Source of the DNA: Syntrophales bacterium
Lineage (GTDB): Bacteria; Desulfobacterota; Syntrophia; Syntrophales; UBA2210
Assembly: GCA_963666365.2 (NCBI GenBank)
Contig: CAXXNF010000002.1
Location: forward strand, 2,144,001 to 2,208,000
Direction: 5' to 3'
DNA length: 64,000 bases
A program made the position numbers and the translations under genes. Positions within the stretch are counted from its first letter, which is position 1, and each line of letters opens with the position of its first letter. Shown in pieces: positions 41,669-51,949 of this stretch. The notes under the pieces are model-generated. The model was not told the DNA's origin and ran no database searches. It saw only the letters and a list, made by a program, of their open reading frames with translations.

Positions 41669-42421
41669 TTAGGGGGTTGGGGTACTAAGAATATTTTCAA
41701 ATATCCGTCTCAAGCTTTCTGCCTTGAGTTCCCTTGCATTTTTTGTGAATCTCCATCCTGTTGGAAATGTAAGATACATCTTTACGCTTTCTGAAAACCG
41801 GGCATTGCTCATAATCACTTCGCCGTTTTTTAATATGCCTGTATAACTCTTTGGACTCTTCCTTCTGCTCAACGCATCATAAGGCAATTTACTGAAGCAC
41901 ACTACATGTCGAATGCCATAATCCAGGACTAATTTCTGTATGGATTCTTTTCCCTCGCTCACCATCTTGCTGTATGCGCCATAATCAAATATTTCTGTCA
42001 AATCACTGGGATCATCCGAAGGAAATGGTAAAAGCACAGACATAAAGAAGCGGAAAGGACTTTCATACCGGTTTTGTATCATCATGCTGGAATCGATTCT
42101 TTCATTATCAGTGAAATAGCCAGCATATCTCATGGTATTCCAAAAGGGGTTTTCTATACCGGACCTATTGGGAGATAAAATCATTCCCTGCCATACTGAA
42201 TGAGGATGAGGATTGCTCAACAAAATCAGAACTGGTAATTTCCCATTGTCTTCAGGGATAAGAGGTCCTTCTGTTCTATATTTCAATCCCTTCAGATTAT
42301 CATCGAACTCAAACATCTCACTCCACTCACTGAGCTGTTCTTGTACCTTTGATTTTACCTCTGTGTAATTATTGTCAAGTGTAATAGTTCTGGTATGAAT
42401 TATTGAATATTTATCCTTCAT
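41669..42421 (-). CDS. Uracil-DNA-glycosylase-superfamily-like protein
   Basis: VLILLSNP, NPFW, VVCFSK, FPTG in the order of MUG-type motifs. Confidence 0.45.
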   Translation of the reverse strand: MKDKYSIIHTRTITLDNNYTEVKSKVQEQLSEWSEMFEFDDNLKGLKYRTEGPLIPEDNGKLPVLILLSNPHPHSVWQGMILSPNRSGIENPFWNTMRYAGYFTDNERIDSSMMIQNRYESPFRFFMSVLLPFPSDDPSDLTEIFDYGAYSKMVSEGKESIQKLVLDYGIRHVVCFSKLPYDALSRRKSPKSYTGILKNGEVIMSNARFSESVKMYLTFPTGWRFTKNARELKAESLRRIFENILSTPTP

Positions 42422-42846
42422 TATTTCCTCCCTCCTTCTTTTGACCCCAAGTCTGATGGGCAGTAGCCCCGAATGTGAGTAATCCTCTTATATGTGTCAA
42501 AGCATCATCTCCATCGGGAAGTTGTGTAACATGAAATGAAATTAAGGTGCAAGAGAAAAATGATTTAACCAATTGTTATTACTATTTAATTTAATTTGAT
42601 TGCATTGGATTTAATTAATTGAATTGTATTTGATTGCTTTATATTTGGAATTAAATGATACCATTATCACCACTTATTTTCATGACATTTCAGATATTTA
42701 AGAACAAGATTTCATAACGCATTATGAATTTCCTTCATCCCCTCAAATAACGCAGCTTCTGCTCTTCCTCTCCAGCAATAACTGTATTTGCTTTTCTCCC
42801 CTATTATCGCATATAGTTTTCTCAAAATATGAAAGGAGTTGCCATC

Positions 42847-43011
42847 ATGGAAAAAGGGTTCGGAGAAGTAGCAAAGAAAAGATATGATGAGCTTTTAAAG
42901 CAGCGTGATGAGATTGACAAGGAACTGGCTCCTCTGAAGAAATATCTTCAGAATATAGGAATATTGAAAAAAGCAGCCAGAGGAAGAAAGAAAAAAGAAA
43001 AGGCAGAATAG
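42847..43011 (+). CDS. Small basic coiled-coil protein
   Basis: AAAGGAG RBS; terminator at about 43023-43052. Confidence 0.5.
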   Translation: MEKGFGEVAKKRYDELLKQRDEIDKELAPLKKYLQNIGILKKAARGRKKKEKAE

Positions 43012-43590
43012 AGATTTCCCAGAAAGACCCTGGCTTAGGCTGGGGTTTTTATTGGGGGGACAAAAACGCAGGATCTGCGTTTTCCTTCTGGGTAAATTTA
43101 AACGAGAATTTCCGTAATGTTACTATTGCGTTATCAAAAAAACCGATAAATATTGATCACACTTGCTCTGATTTAATTCTTAATTTTACGAGGACACTAT
43201 CACATAGTGACTTTCAATTGATACATACCCCAAGGTTCCAAGGCGTTCACAAATACTTTCAGTATAGCAAAGGGCTTTTTCCGAATAAGAATGACGTTGG
43301 CAACATACGGCAACTATCCGGCATATTGATCATTTCGATAATAATGGAGTCTTTGTATGCATCAAAAATATCTTAAAATATCTATTGCCTTCCTGCTTTT
43401 TCTTTTATTTGTCATAGGGTGTAATGAAATATGGGCAGGCGGTATTCCTCCAGAACTGGAAAAAGAAGTCAATGCCATAAACCTTTAATAGCAGAATTCG
43501 GAACGATTCTCATTACAAGCTAAGTGGCCGGACGTGTTGCAAATCCAATAGCTTTGCTCACAATGTTTGGTTCTTTGTCTTTCCATTCTT

Positions 43591-44217
43591 TTATTTTCTT
43601 TCAAACTCCGGCATATGCAATCCAATTCCTGTGTTTTGGGGCATCCATCGTTCAGCTGCAATCTCCGAATACGTTTTTTGTCTATGATGATGCTTCTGCA
43701 ATTTTATTGTATACCATTTGTTGTTTTCTTCCCGCCATCGAAGCGCCTTCTTTTGCCAGGCAAGACAAGTCGAACGCAGCCAGTATTTCAGTTCATATGA
43801 GAATGGTTCGGTCACAGACATCGGTGGGATTAACGCTACTAGTCCTTCCACATCCCTTTGTTTTTTGTCGGCGTGAAGCAGAATAATTGGTGCCTTGTAT
43901 GCAGGTCCAAAATCTATATCTTCTTCCAGGTCAGCCGATTCAATACAATCATGGTAATTGCGGCACTGTGGACATTTTTTCATTCTGCCCGACCATTCGG
44001 TAAGATAGCATTCAAAACGGTTGATTTCCGTGTTATTTTCAGTCAGGACAAGGGAGTCAAGTATCAGGATAAAACACGGGATCATGATTACGTCTGTAAT
44101 ATCCTCACAAAGACAAAGGCCGAAGGGCATGTTGCTTAAAATGGATGAGATGTTCTCTGACGTTGGAGAATCAGCAAGGATATTTACATTGTTTTCTATA
44201 GATCGAAAAACTGTCAT
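43591..44217 (-). CDS. Hypothetical protein (possibly decaying)
   Basis: Follows 44221 in operon; CPQC motif. Confidence 0.4.
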   Translation of the reverse strand: MTVFRSIENNVNILADSPTSENISSILSNMPFGLCLCEDITDVIMIPCFILILDSLVLTENNTEINRFECYLTEWSGRMKKCPQCRNYHDCIESADLEEDIDFGPAYKAPIILLHADKKQRDVEGLVALIPPMSVTEPFSYELKYWLRSTCLAWQKKALRWREENNKWYTIKLQKHHHRQKTYSEIAAERWMPQNTGIGLHMPEFERK

Positions 44218-44220
44218 GTT

Positions 44221-45195
44221 TTAATCCCGGTTAAGCCTCCACCATTGTTTTAGATCATCTTTAGGTGCACTAATGCCCAACTTTTTCATTGTTTCAGGAC
44301 AGGATTGTATCAAAACTGAAGGCAATTGCTTTTGAAGAATAAGAAGTAGATGCATAGCCCGCCGACTGGTTTCATCTTCAAGGCTCCCCGTTGTCATCGT
44401 TAAATATTTATTTAATGGTGATTTTGATGACATATCTTTTAGCTCATTTAAACTAATAGGTGGATGTCGACTATAGGCATGCTTTAAAGACCTAACTAGT
44501 TTTTCGGAATTGGGAATTTTTCCTAAACCATTTTTAAGAAGTTCGTTATGAAAATGGTAATCAAAATTTCCAAGACTTGCTTTTTCACGATCCCGAAAAT
44601 CGGCAATAATATGAACTTGATAGAGTATAACTGCAATAGGGTGAATATCATTTGGTGTCGGAGTGATAACAGAGCCAAATATAGCAGCTGTTTTTTTTAC
44701 AAATTCATCTTGTCGTTTTTCCCATTCCTGTCCGACAGTTTGATAAAGACCCTTTTTAAAAATTCTTTTTTCATTTTCTGTAAGAGTGTCAATTTTACTA
44801 ATACGCAATTCAACCCAATTTCTAAATGGCTTGCATTGTGGCGATTCTACAATATCTTTTGAATTAATGGTTAGTCCCCAATGGAATAGCCGGCGATGAA
44901 GCCCTCCATCAAAACCGAAATCATAATTAGATGGCAACCGAGTCATGAGGTTAGGGACAATTCGCCCCATCACTTCTTTGACTTCCTCGTGTTTGAGAGA
45001 ACGATCAACAAGAGATGAAAGTTCGATAAATTCTTTTATGACGGAACGGTAATCCGTTGTTCCAATGATGTGCAACCATAATTCTGCGTGACTCTTTGCA
45101 TTCGGTAACGCATAAAGATCGCTTGAACATAATAGAATACTAACACATATTGCACAAACTAATTTAAGCAATTTTACCCTACAAGACACTTTCAT
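44221..45195 (-). CDS. Secreted hypothetical protein, possible Zn-dependent PLC/P1-nuclease-like fold
   Basis: Signal peptide; SHAELW, LHRRLFHWG, VHIIAD. Confidence 0.45.
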   Translation of the reverse strand: MKVSCRVKLLKLVCAICVSILLCSSDLYALPNAKSHAELWLHIIGTTDYRSVIKEFIELSSLVDRSLKHEEVKEVMGRIVPNLMTRLPSNYDFGFDGGLHRRLFHWGLTINSKDIVESPQCKPFRNWVELRISKIDTLTENEKRIFKKGLYQTVGQEWEKRQDEFVKKTAAIFGSVITPTPNDIHPIAVILYQVHIIADFRDREKASLGNFDYHFHNELLKNGLGKIPNSEKLVRSLKHAYSRHPPISLNELKDMSSKSPLNKYLTMTTGSLEDETSRRAMHLLLILQKQLPSVLIQSCPETMKKLGISAPKDDLKQWWRLNRD

Positions 45196-47051
45196 TCCAA
45201 GACAATACCTTCATTTGTCCATTTGAATGTCTCTTCCTCTATTACAATAGAACTCTTATTAAATACGATTTTCAATTCTTTATCAAAACAGTCAGCCACC
45301 ATACCGATTATTTTATGACCAGGGAATCCAACACTAGATATTTCAATGAGTTGCTCTCGCAATGATTGCATACGTTTTTTCCACCATGATTTTGATTCTT
45401 CCTCTGTAAGGATTTGTGAAGCAAAATTAAGTTTTATTTTATAAGCATCTTGGAATGTTCTGTCCCGAATTAGTTTATCTCTTGCCAACTCAATTACCAG
45501 TTCAATTTGCTGTTCATTCTTTATAATATTCTCAAAATCGATAACATCTTCAAATAAAACAGATACGGTTTTTTGTTCTTCATTATAACCAATAATTTCT
45601 ATTTTATTTGATGCTTTTGAATTGCCTTCAATGGTGATAGTTATTTTTGCATTAAAATCATCGGTAATCCAACGAGCCGGTATTGTCATTAGAATTCCGT
45701 CATTATTAAAATACTTTCTTCCTGGTATCCATGAGGAATATAAAGCCGGAAATAGCCAAATGTGATCAAACTCGTTTGAAAGGTGTCTCAAAATATCCTT
45801 ATTGTGCATTTTACCATAAAGACGAAGAATATCATAATTATTGACGGTATCTGCTTTGAGAATTTTTTCCATTATACGCTTTATATTATCGTATTTTGAA
45901 CTCTCGAGAATCCTATATAATAGAGTGTCTATTGTTATTTTATTGTCAAAGGTGTTATCATATCCATTGTCCAAATTTCTCATAATAAGGTCTCGTGCTT
46001 CATCATAATGTTCCAGGCGGGCATATTGAAGTGCTGCAAAAAGAAGATTAGCCCAATCCTGATCAGTCGAATTTTGGACAATTAACTCGAGATTTAAAAG
46101 AGTATCCTGAACTGGTGTTTTATCGCCATTAATCATGATCTTTGACATGGCACAAGATGCCACAAATGGATCCTTTCTATAAATGTTCATTCGGGAATTG
46201 TTAAAATTGTCAAAACTGTTAAGGGCATCTTCCATATTACCTATATCCTGAGCAACTCTTCCCCGATAATACCAGTAGGGTGGGTACATTTGAAAATCGT
46301 TTTCTATTCTCACTAATCGGGAATGACATCTTTTCTTTTCCGGGTCTCGAAGAATTTCCGAATAGTTTGTTAACTGGCTTTCTGTGAGCCTCCAATGGTC
46401 TGGGATGTCGTACTCTTTTAAAAGTCGCCAAGAGCTGCCTAATAAACCTCTTCGGAAATCGTTAAGGTTCACTAGGACATTCTTTTCAATTGCCCACTCT
46501 TGGTCCTTGAGTTCCTCTTTAAATTGTTCGATTTGTGCCCGGTAGTTAAAATATACGGAACCCACAGACATAAGTCCACTGGCCAGCGTTGTATATGGAT
46601 TGGCAGTGAATTGCATCCCTGAAAGACCAGATCGAAACGCATCCTTCAGAGCATTATTTACATTACATGCATACTTGCGTTCAATAATCTCCCGCTCTCG
46701 GTCAGTAATCTTAGATTTTGTTAATAGATCTAGTAAATCTTGCAATAATAAGACAATTTCCTCATCGGGTATGCTTCGCAAATTCAAGTTGTTAATAATT
46801 TTATCATACTCTTGATCTAAAACACCTTTGTCATTATAAGAGATAATGTGAGTTAATGAGACAACCACATAGTTAAGAGATTGAATTGTCTGGAGTCTCA
46901 CGTGATCCTGATTTCTCGGAACGGAAGATTCATGACCGTTTTCATTTATGTAGTTCGATGCAGCATACCCATAACCAACAAGAATGAAGACAATAAAGAT
47001 TGTTGCTATAGAAATGTATAGTATCTTCATCCGCAAACTCTCTGATTTCAT
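45192..47051 (-). CDS. Exported TPR-like protein
   Basis: N-terminal TM/signal; YPPYWYYRGRVAQDIGNMEDALNSF TPR-like helices. Confidence 0.6.
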   Translation of the reverse strand: MKSESLRMKILYISIATIFIVFILVGYGYAASNYINENGHESSVPRNQDHVRLQTIQSLNYVVVSLTHIISYNDKGVLDQEYDKIINNLNLRSIPDEEIVLLLQDLLDLLTKSKITDREREIIERKYACNVNNALKDAFRSGLSGMQFTANPYTTLASGLMSVGSVYFNYRAQIEQFKEELKDQEWAIEKNVLVNLNDFRRGLLGSSWRLLKEYDIPDHWRLTESQLTNYSEILRDPEKKRCHSRLVRIENDFQMYPPYWYYRGRVAQDIGNMEDALNSFDNFNNSRMNIYRKDPFVASCAMSKIMINGDKTPVQDTLLNLELIVQNSTDQDWANLLFAALQYARLEHYDEARDLIMRNLDNGYDNTFDNKITIDTLLYRILESSKYDNIKRIMEKILKADTVNNYDILRLYGKMHNKDILRHLSNEFDHIWLFPALYSSWIPGRKYFNNDGILMTIPARWITDDFNAKITITIEGNSKASNKIEIIGYNEEQKTVSVLFEDVIDFENIIKNEQQIELVIELARDKLIRDRTFQDAYKIKLNFASQILTEEESKSWWKKRMQSLREQLIEISSVGFPGHKIIGMVADCFDKELKIVFNKSSIVIEEETFKWTNEGIVLE

Positions 47052-47054
47052 TAT

Positions 47055-47354
47055 TCACTCCTGTAAAATGTTTAGCTCAATCAAAAACCTCATTAATGCT
47101 TCAACCTCAATGAACTTCTTGCCAAAATATTCATATTCGCCAGCAAGTGTATCATCCATGATTTCGTCAGATAGTTTGATCAATATTTGAGCGGCGTATG
47201 TATTCTCCTGGTCATCAACGTCCTTGCCGATCAAAGCCAGATACATATACCTATGAGGATCGACCGGAATAAAAAATAAATGGGTATAGACAGATTGTCT
47301 TCTCAACAGACCTTTACGTTTTTTCATCACGCAATATCTGATTATTCCATTCAT
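47055..47354 (-). CDS. Hypothetical protein
   Basis: Co-oriented and tightly spaced in the operon. Confidence 0.4.
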   Translation of the reverse strand: MNGIIRYCVMKKRKGLLRRQSVYTHLFFIPVDPHRYMYLALIGKDVDDQENTYAAQILIKLSDEIMDDTLAGEYEYFGKKFIEVEALMRFLIELNILQE

Positions 47355-47362
47355 GCTTTTCT

Positions 47363-47884
47363 CTAGAAAATAAAAGTGATGGAACCGTTTCCCGTGTCTA
47401 TCTTTTCATGTATCTTCTTTTTGCAATTTTTCAGTGCCTGCTCTACATTTTTGTTTTCCGATGAAGGAAAGGTATAACCCATTCTGATTTCCATGTTTTG
47501 TGACGATGATTTTGGCAAATCAAAGGTGATACCGATTTTACGAACGTAATCCACTATCTGACCACGAATAATAATTTCATGACCACCCACTTCCGGTGAT
47601 ACAAGTCCAGCTTTTGCACGTTGAGCGACTTCCATACGGACTTTTTTAAAGTCTTCCGAGTCGCTATTCTGTACCTGTCTCCAGCTGCCGGACTTTGGGC
47701 TTTCCGCCGGTGATTTAATCTCGCCGATTATTACCGTATTTCCCTTAGCTGCAATGTAATCGGGTTTATTGGCGTGTTGTCTACCCTTGCCCTTGATGTC
47801 CCTGTCACCATCAAAGTAAAGATAGCCACACGCAGTAAGCGCGTCTTCTGTTTTTGAATAAAAGTCAGATTTACCTTCAGCCAT
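47363..47884 (-). CDS. PD-(D/E)XK nuclease-like protein
   Basis: KPDYIA...IGEIKS. Confidence 0.6.
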   Translation of the reverse strand: MAEGKSDFYSKTEDALTACGYLYFDGDRDIKGKGRQHANKPDYIAAKGNTVIIGEIKSPAESPKSGSWRQVQNSDSEDFKKVRMEVAQRAKAGLVSPEVGGHEIIIRGQIVDYVRKIGITFDLPKSSSQNMEIRMGYTFPSSENKNVEQALKNCKKKIHEKIDTGNGSITFIF

Positions 47885-48080
47885 AGGTCATTCCCTCGAT
47901 CAACGTTTCATAAAACGCAAAGACCCGACTGCATGGATTACGTAGACATAATGCAATTAGTTGTTGACTAGGAACCCTTTTTAGATCAAAGTTTCTGCCA
48001 TAGCACTTCCTCTCGCTTATTGTTTCAATAATTGTTTATAGTTTTCCCAACAACCTTTTTTACTTGCCTGGGGTTTTATC

Positions 48081-49610
48081 TTACGGAGCGGGATAATAAG
48101 TCGAGCGAATTCCTGCTACGACTTGCAAATAGTATATAATATCTTCTAGGCCTATCATTCCGTCTCTATTAGGATCATATTTCGTTCTTTCTGTCTCTAT
48201 CGCTTGATCCAGCTGTTCCTGTGTAAACATGGAAGCAATTGTTTGTTCCATCTCTTCTAGGATCAAATCCTTTGCTGCGTTGGCTTCCGCAATGGCTTGA
48301 TCTAATTCATTTTGTGTAAACATAGTTGCAATGATTTCATTTTGAGACAAAATGGTTGAACTCAGTTCAATTATTGCTTGGTCTTTCTGGGAAATATTGC
48401 TGTTTAAAGCTGAAATGGTCTCATCTCTCTCAGAAATTACCAAATCCTTTAAAGTAGTTGCATCAATAAGCGCTTGATCAAGTTGCTGCTGAGTGAACAT
48501 TAAAGCTATTGTGTCATCTTTCTGTGAAATGGTTTCGTTTAAGGATGCAATGACTAGATCCTTATCCGCGATAATAGTATCCTTTGCAGCATTTGCTTCG
48601 GCCACAGCATCGTCGAGTTGTGTCTTTGTAAACATTGACGCAATAGTGGTGTTCAATGTAGTTATAATTTGATTCTTCTGAGTTATTGTTTCATTTAGGG
48701 TAGTAATAAGTTGATCTTTTTCTTCTATGATCAAATCCTTTGCCGCATTAGCATTAGCAATGGCTTGATCATACTCTTCCTGTGTGTATATTACGTCAAT
48801 GACAGTTACATTCATCCCTGCCGATGTTGTGGAAACACCATCTGTAACTTCCAAAACAAAGTGGTGTATTCCTGATGTGAGAGGTCTAATCTTACTTAAA
48901 TCTAGTGAAGCTTCCCCTCCAGAAACACCTGCGGGACTCCAATCGACCACCACCTCATCATTATCCAACCATCTGTATGTTAAGATATCCCAATCAGGGT
49001 CTATAGTTACTCCGCTGATTATTCTTGGGTCAGGGATTTGACATGAATCATCCAAATTATACTGATGATCAATTCTAATGGATCTGTCCTCTCCTACTTC
49101 GATTACGGGTGGTTTGTTTTCAAGAGAGGGTTCGTTATCATACTCGATAATATATGTCCAAAGAGACTGGCTCTCAGGCTCATCTCCCCACTTTCCCGTA
49201 AAAACACTTCCTTGCACTGTGTACATTAAAAAAGATGGCCAGGAGTTGTTAGGTTCATTAGTTGACCAGCTGGAATAACTCCAATCTTCTCCGGTTATCC
49301 AGGCCCATCCTTCTGTAGATTCTATGCCATCTGAAATTCGATATCCCCCAAGCCAACCATAACTAAATCCAGTACTTGGCAAGGACGAAAAAACAAAGTC
49401 ATTCTCTGCTTGACTCGTCAAAGTTGCAAGATACCCTCCCTTCTGTTCAGCAGAATCTTTTGCTTCACTCCAAGATGTTTGTTTACTTACATAGGGTCTA
49501 ACCAGTTCGTACCAATGACCATTTGCGGACCAATAAACGGGTATTGCATATCCAGGAGTAGTGATAAATATCGTGGTTAAAATGCCTAATAAGACAGTAA
49601 ATGTTTTCAT
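48081..49610 (-). CDS. Surface protein: C-type lectin + Ig/PKD-like + coiled-coil repeats + dockerin-like tail
   Basis: NGHWYE, GGYLATLTSQAENDF, WSTNEPNN; LEVTDG; five (F/Y)TxxxLDxA-type repeats; DPNRDGMIGLEDIIYYLQ. Confidence 0.8.
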   Translation of the reverse strand: MKTFTVLLGILTTIFITTPGYAIPVYWSANGHWYELVRPYVSKQTSWSEAKDSAEQKGGYLATLTSQAENDFVFSSLPSTGFSYGWLGGYRISDGIESTEGWAWITGEDWSYSSWSTNEPNNSWPSFLMYTVQGSVFTGKWGDEPESQSLWTYIIEYDNEPSLENKPPVIEVGEDRSIRIDHQYNLDDSCQIPDPRIISGVTIDPDWDILTYRWLDNDEVVVDWSPAGVSGGEASLDLSKIRPLTSGIHHFVLEVTDGVSTTSAGMNVTVIDVIYTQEEYDQAIANANAAKDLIIEEKDQLITTLNETITQKNQIITTLNTTIASMFTKTQLDDAVAEANAAKDTIIADKDLVIASLNETISQKDDTIALMFTQQQLDQALIDATTLKDLVISERDETISALNSNISQKDQAIIELSSTILSQNEIIATMFTQNELDQAIAEANAAKDLILEEMEQTIASMFTQEQLDQAIETERTKYDPNRDGMIGLEDIIYYLQVVAGIRSTYYPAP

Positions 49611-49751
49611 TTCTCCCCCCTGTTTGGTGTGTATAAGTACCGTACATTTACTGCACAAAATATTGATATACCCAATATATTGCGAATGTCAAACATAAAT
49701 AACGCTTATGTACGGTTTATTAACCTCTCAATTCCTTATAAATACGTCATT

Positions 49752-50093
49752 ATGAAAAAGATAAAAGACCCTGACAGCATTCTTCTCGGCAGACGTATCC
49801 GGACCCTGAGGACAACCAAAGGGCTGACTCAGCAAAAGCTTGGACATCAGGCGGATGTCGATTATAAATTCATCAGCGAAATCGAGCGGGGCAACATGAA
49901 CCCTTCATTTAAAGTACTTATAAAGATTGCAAGAGCCCTCGACGTTGAGCTTCCCGAAATTCTCCGATTTGAGCAGGAAATTTCAGATCATGAGGAGCTG
50001 GAGAAGCGCATCCACCAGATTCTCAGCACTTTACCTGTTGAAAAGCTTCAGAATGTTTTATTGCTTCTCCGTGTGCTCTGTCCCGTTCGCTGA
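49752..50093 (+). CDS. XRE-family HTH regulator
   Basis: LGRRIRTLR...GLTQQKLG...ISEIERG..NPS. Confidence 0.9.
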   Translation: MKKIKDPDSILLGRRIRTLRTTKGLTQQKLGHQADVDYKFISEIERGNMNPSFKVLIKIARALDVELPEILRFEQEISDHEELEKRIHQILSTLPVEKLQNVLLLLRVLCPVR

Positions 50094-50339
50094 TCATATT
50101 CATTCATACCACCTGCCGATTTTATTTTACGGTACCGAAACCACAGCCCTATCAATATTCCCGTCAGTACAAGGGCCAGACTATTCCCGGCGATAAATAC
50201 AATATCCCTTCCCACTGCAATTCATTATATCCCAGTCCTCTACCCATATTAATTTATGAAAGGAGGATTTTGTAAGCAAAAAACGTTGTAACACCCATAT
50301 TCTCACTATCATTTACCATCAATCAGAAAGGAGAATCGC

Positions 50340-50687
50340 ATGATCAATCAAAGCATTGTAACCGGAAACCTGGGGGCCGATCCCGAGGTGTTCTATTCGT
50401 CGGAGGGGAACCCCGTGGCCTCATTCAACATCGCCTTCCAGTCGTCAAGGAAAAAGACCTGCTGGATCAAGGTGGTCTGCTTCCAGAAACTGGCGGATAT
50501 CGTGTCCCAGCACCTTCACAAAGGAGCCAGAATTGCCGTGTCCGGTGTCCTTGATCAGAACAAGTGGCAGGGCGATGACGGTCAGACGAGAAGCGCCTTC
50601 CAGATCATCGCCCACACCATCGAATTCATCAAGACCGATGGAAGGGGATTCAAGGAAGGCGAATCGTATGACGACGTTCCCTTTTAA
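50340..50687 (+). CDS. ssb: Single-stranded DNA-binding protein
   Basis: GNLGADPE, LHKGARIAVSG, C-terminal DDVPF. Confidence 0.92.
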   Translation: MINQSIVTGNLGADPEVFYSSEGNPVASFNIAFQSSRKKTCWIKVVCFQKLADIVSQHLHKGARIAVSGVLDQNKWQGDDGQTRSAFQIIAHTIEFIKTDGRGFKEGESYDDVPF

Positions 50688-50799
50688 CGGAAGGAGAGGG
50701 AGCCTATGTCGAAAGTCACCGTCGAACTCGTCGTCAAAATCGCTGAAATAACCGGTAGAATTATCGTAATCGTGCTGGATGCATTGAAAGGAGAAAAAC

Positions 50800-51822
50800 A
50801 TGACCAGTCAGGAAGTACTCAAAAGAAATGAAAAAGCACAGGGATTGAAAGTATGGCAGGTGGACAACGCGTGGTTCTACGTCGAGTCCGAAGACGGGAA
50901 GATCGCCTATAAATGCTGTGTCACCGACCAGGGGGATTTCTGCAACTGCGGGGATTTCGCCACCCGGTCCAAGAACGACCCGAACTTCAAGTGCAAGCAT
51001 CTGCTGGCGGTATTCAACTCCATTCCCCGGAACCAGATACTGACAGCGAATTTCCTCGAACGGAGCAGACCCCGTCTGGATGAGCGGTTCATTAAATCCA
51101 TCGACGGGAAGGACTTTGTCCTCTATGCGGGTCTGCTCGATCTGGCCCATCAGAAGAACCTCGTGTCCATAGATGTGGAACTGCTTCAATATCCTTCGAA
51201 GGAGAACGACCTTACGGCGGTCTGCAGGGCGGTCGCAAAAACCGCCACGGAAGGCCCCTTCATCGATGTGGGCGACGCCAATCCCGTGAACTGCAATTCA
51301 AAAGTGGGAAAGCATCTGATCAGGATGGCAAGCACCCGGGCAAAGGCGAGATGCCTTCGTGATCTGACCAACATCGGCATGACCGCCCTTGAGGAACTGG
51401 GAGACCTGGACGAAGTGATGGGCGAGGAAATGAAATCACCCGCGTCAAGAAAGAACAATGTAAGAAAGATGCCGGTGAGACAGGTAAAGGAATCTGCGGC
51501 AGTGACAGCGAAAGAGGAACCCCCGTCGGCAGGAGTGGAACATCCCGTGAAACCTGAAACACCGGAACCACAATCTGAACCGGCAAAACCGGCGAAGGCA
51601 AAGGCTGCAAAAGCGGGAAACGGCAACGGAAAAAAAGAGGACACACCCGCGCCCTCCATGTCTGAAGCGCAGAAGAACGCCATCTACAACCTCTCCCGCA
51701 GGAGAAATGTCTCCCTGGAAGAGCTGGAAGAGATGTCCATGAAAATCTTCAACACCACTGTGGAGAACCTCTCCTCCGCCGACGCATCCCTTTTCATCAG
51801 AACCCTTCAGCAGGCATCGTAG
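50800..51822 (+). CDS. SWIM Zn finger + Rad52/Sak-like annealing domain protein
   Basis: CNCGDF...CKH; MASTRAKARCLRDLTNIG. Confidence 0.65.
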   Translation: MTSQEVLKRNEKAQGLKVWQVDNAWFYVESEDGKIAYKCCVTDQGDFCNCGDFATRSKNDPNFKCKHLLAVFNSIPRNQILTANFLERSRPRLDERFIKSIDGKDFVLYAGLLDLAHQKNLVSIDVELLQYPSKENDLTAVCRAVAKTATEGPFIDVGDANPVNCNSKVGKHLIRMASTRAKARCLRDLTNIGMTALEELGDLDEVMGEEMKSPASRKNNVRKMPVRQVKESAAVTAKEEPPSAGVEHPVKPETPEPQSEPAKPAKAKAAKAGNGNGKKEDTPAPSMSEAQKNAIYNLSRRRNVSLEELEEMSMKIFNTTVENLSSADASLFIRTLQQAS

Positions 51823-51949
51823 TCAATCCCCTGTATCTCAATTGAATCACCAGTCAGGGCGGGACGCAGACCCGGGGGATTGGTGCGTCCTGTCCACTCC
51901 CATTGTCAAAAACACAGGATGCTGCGCATCTCAGGAAGGAGAAGAACTC

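Noticed and set aside
48081..49610. Diversity-generating retroelement target (C-type lectin)
   Set aside because: No reverse transcriptase or TR/VR pair seen; the lectin domain is N-terminal.
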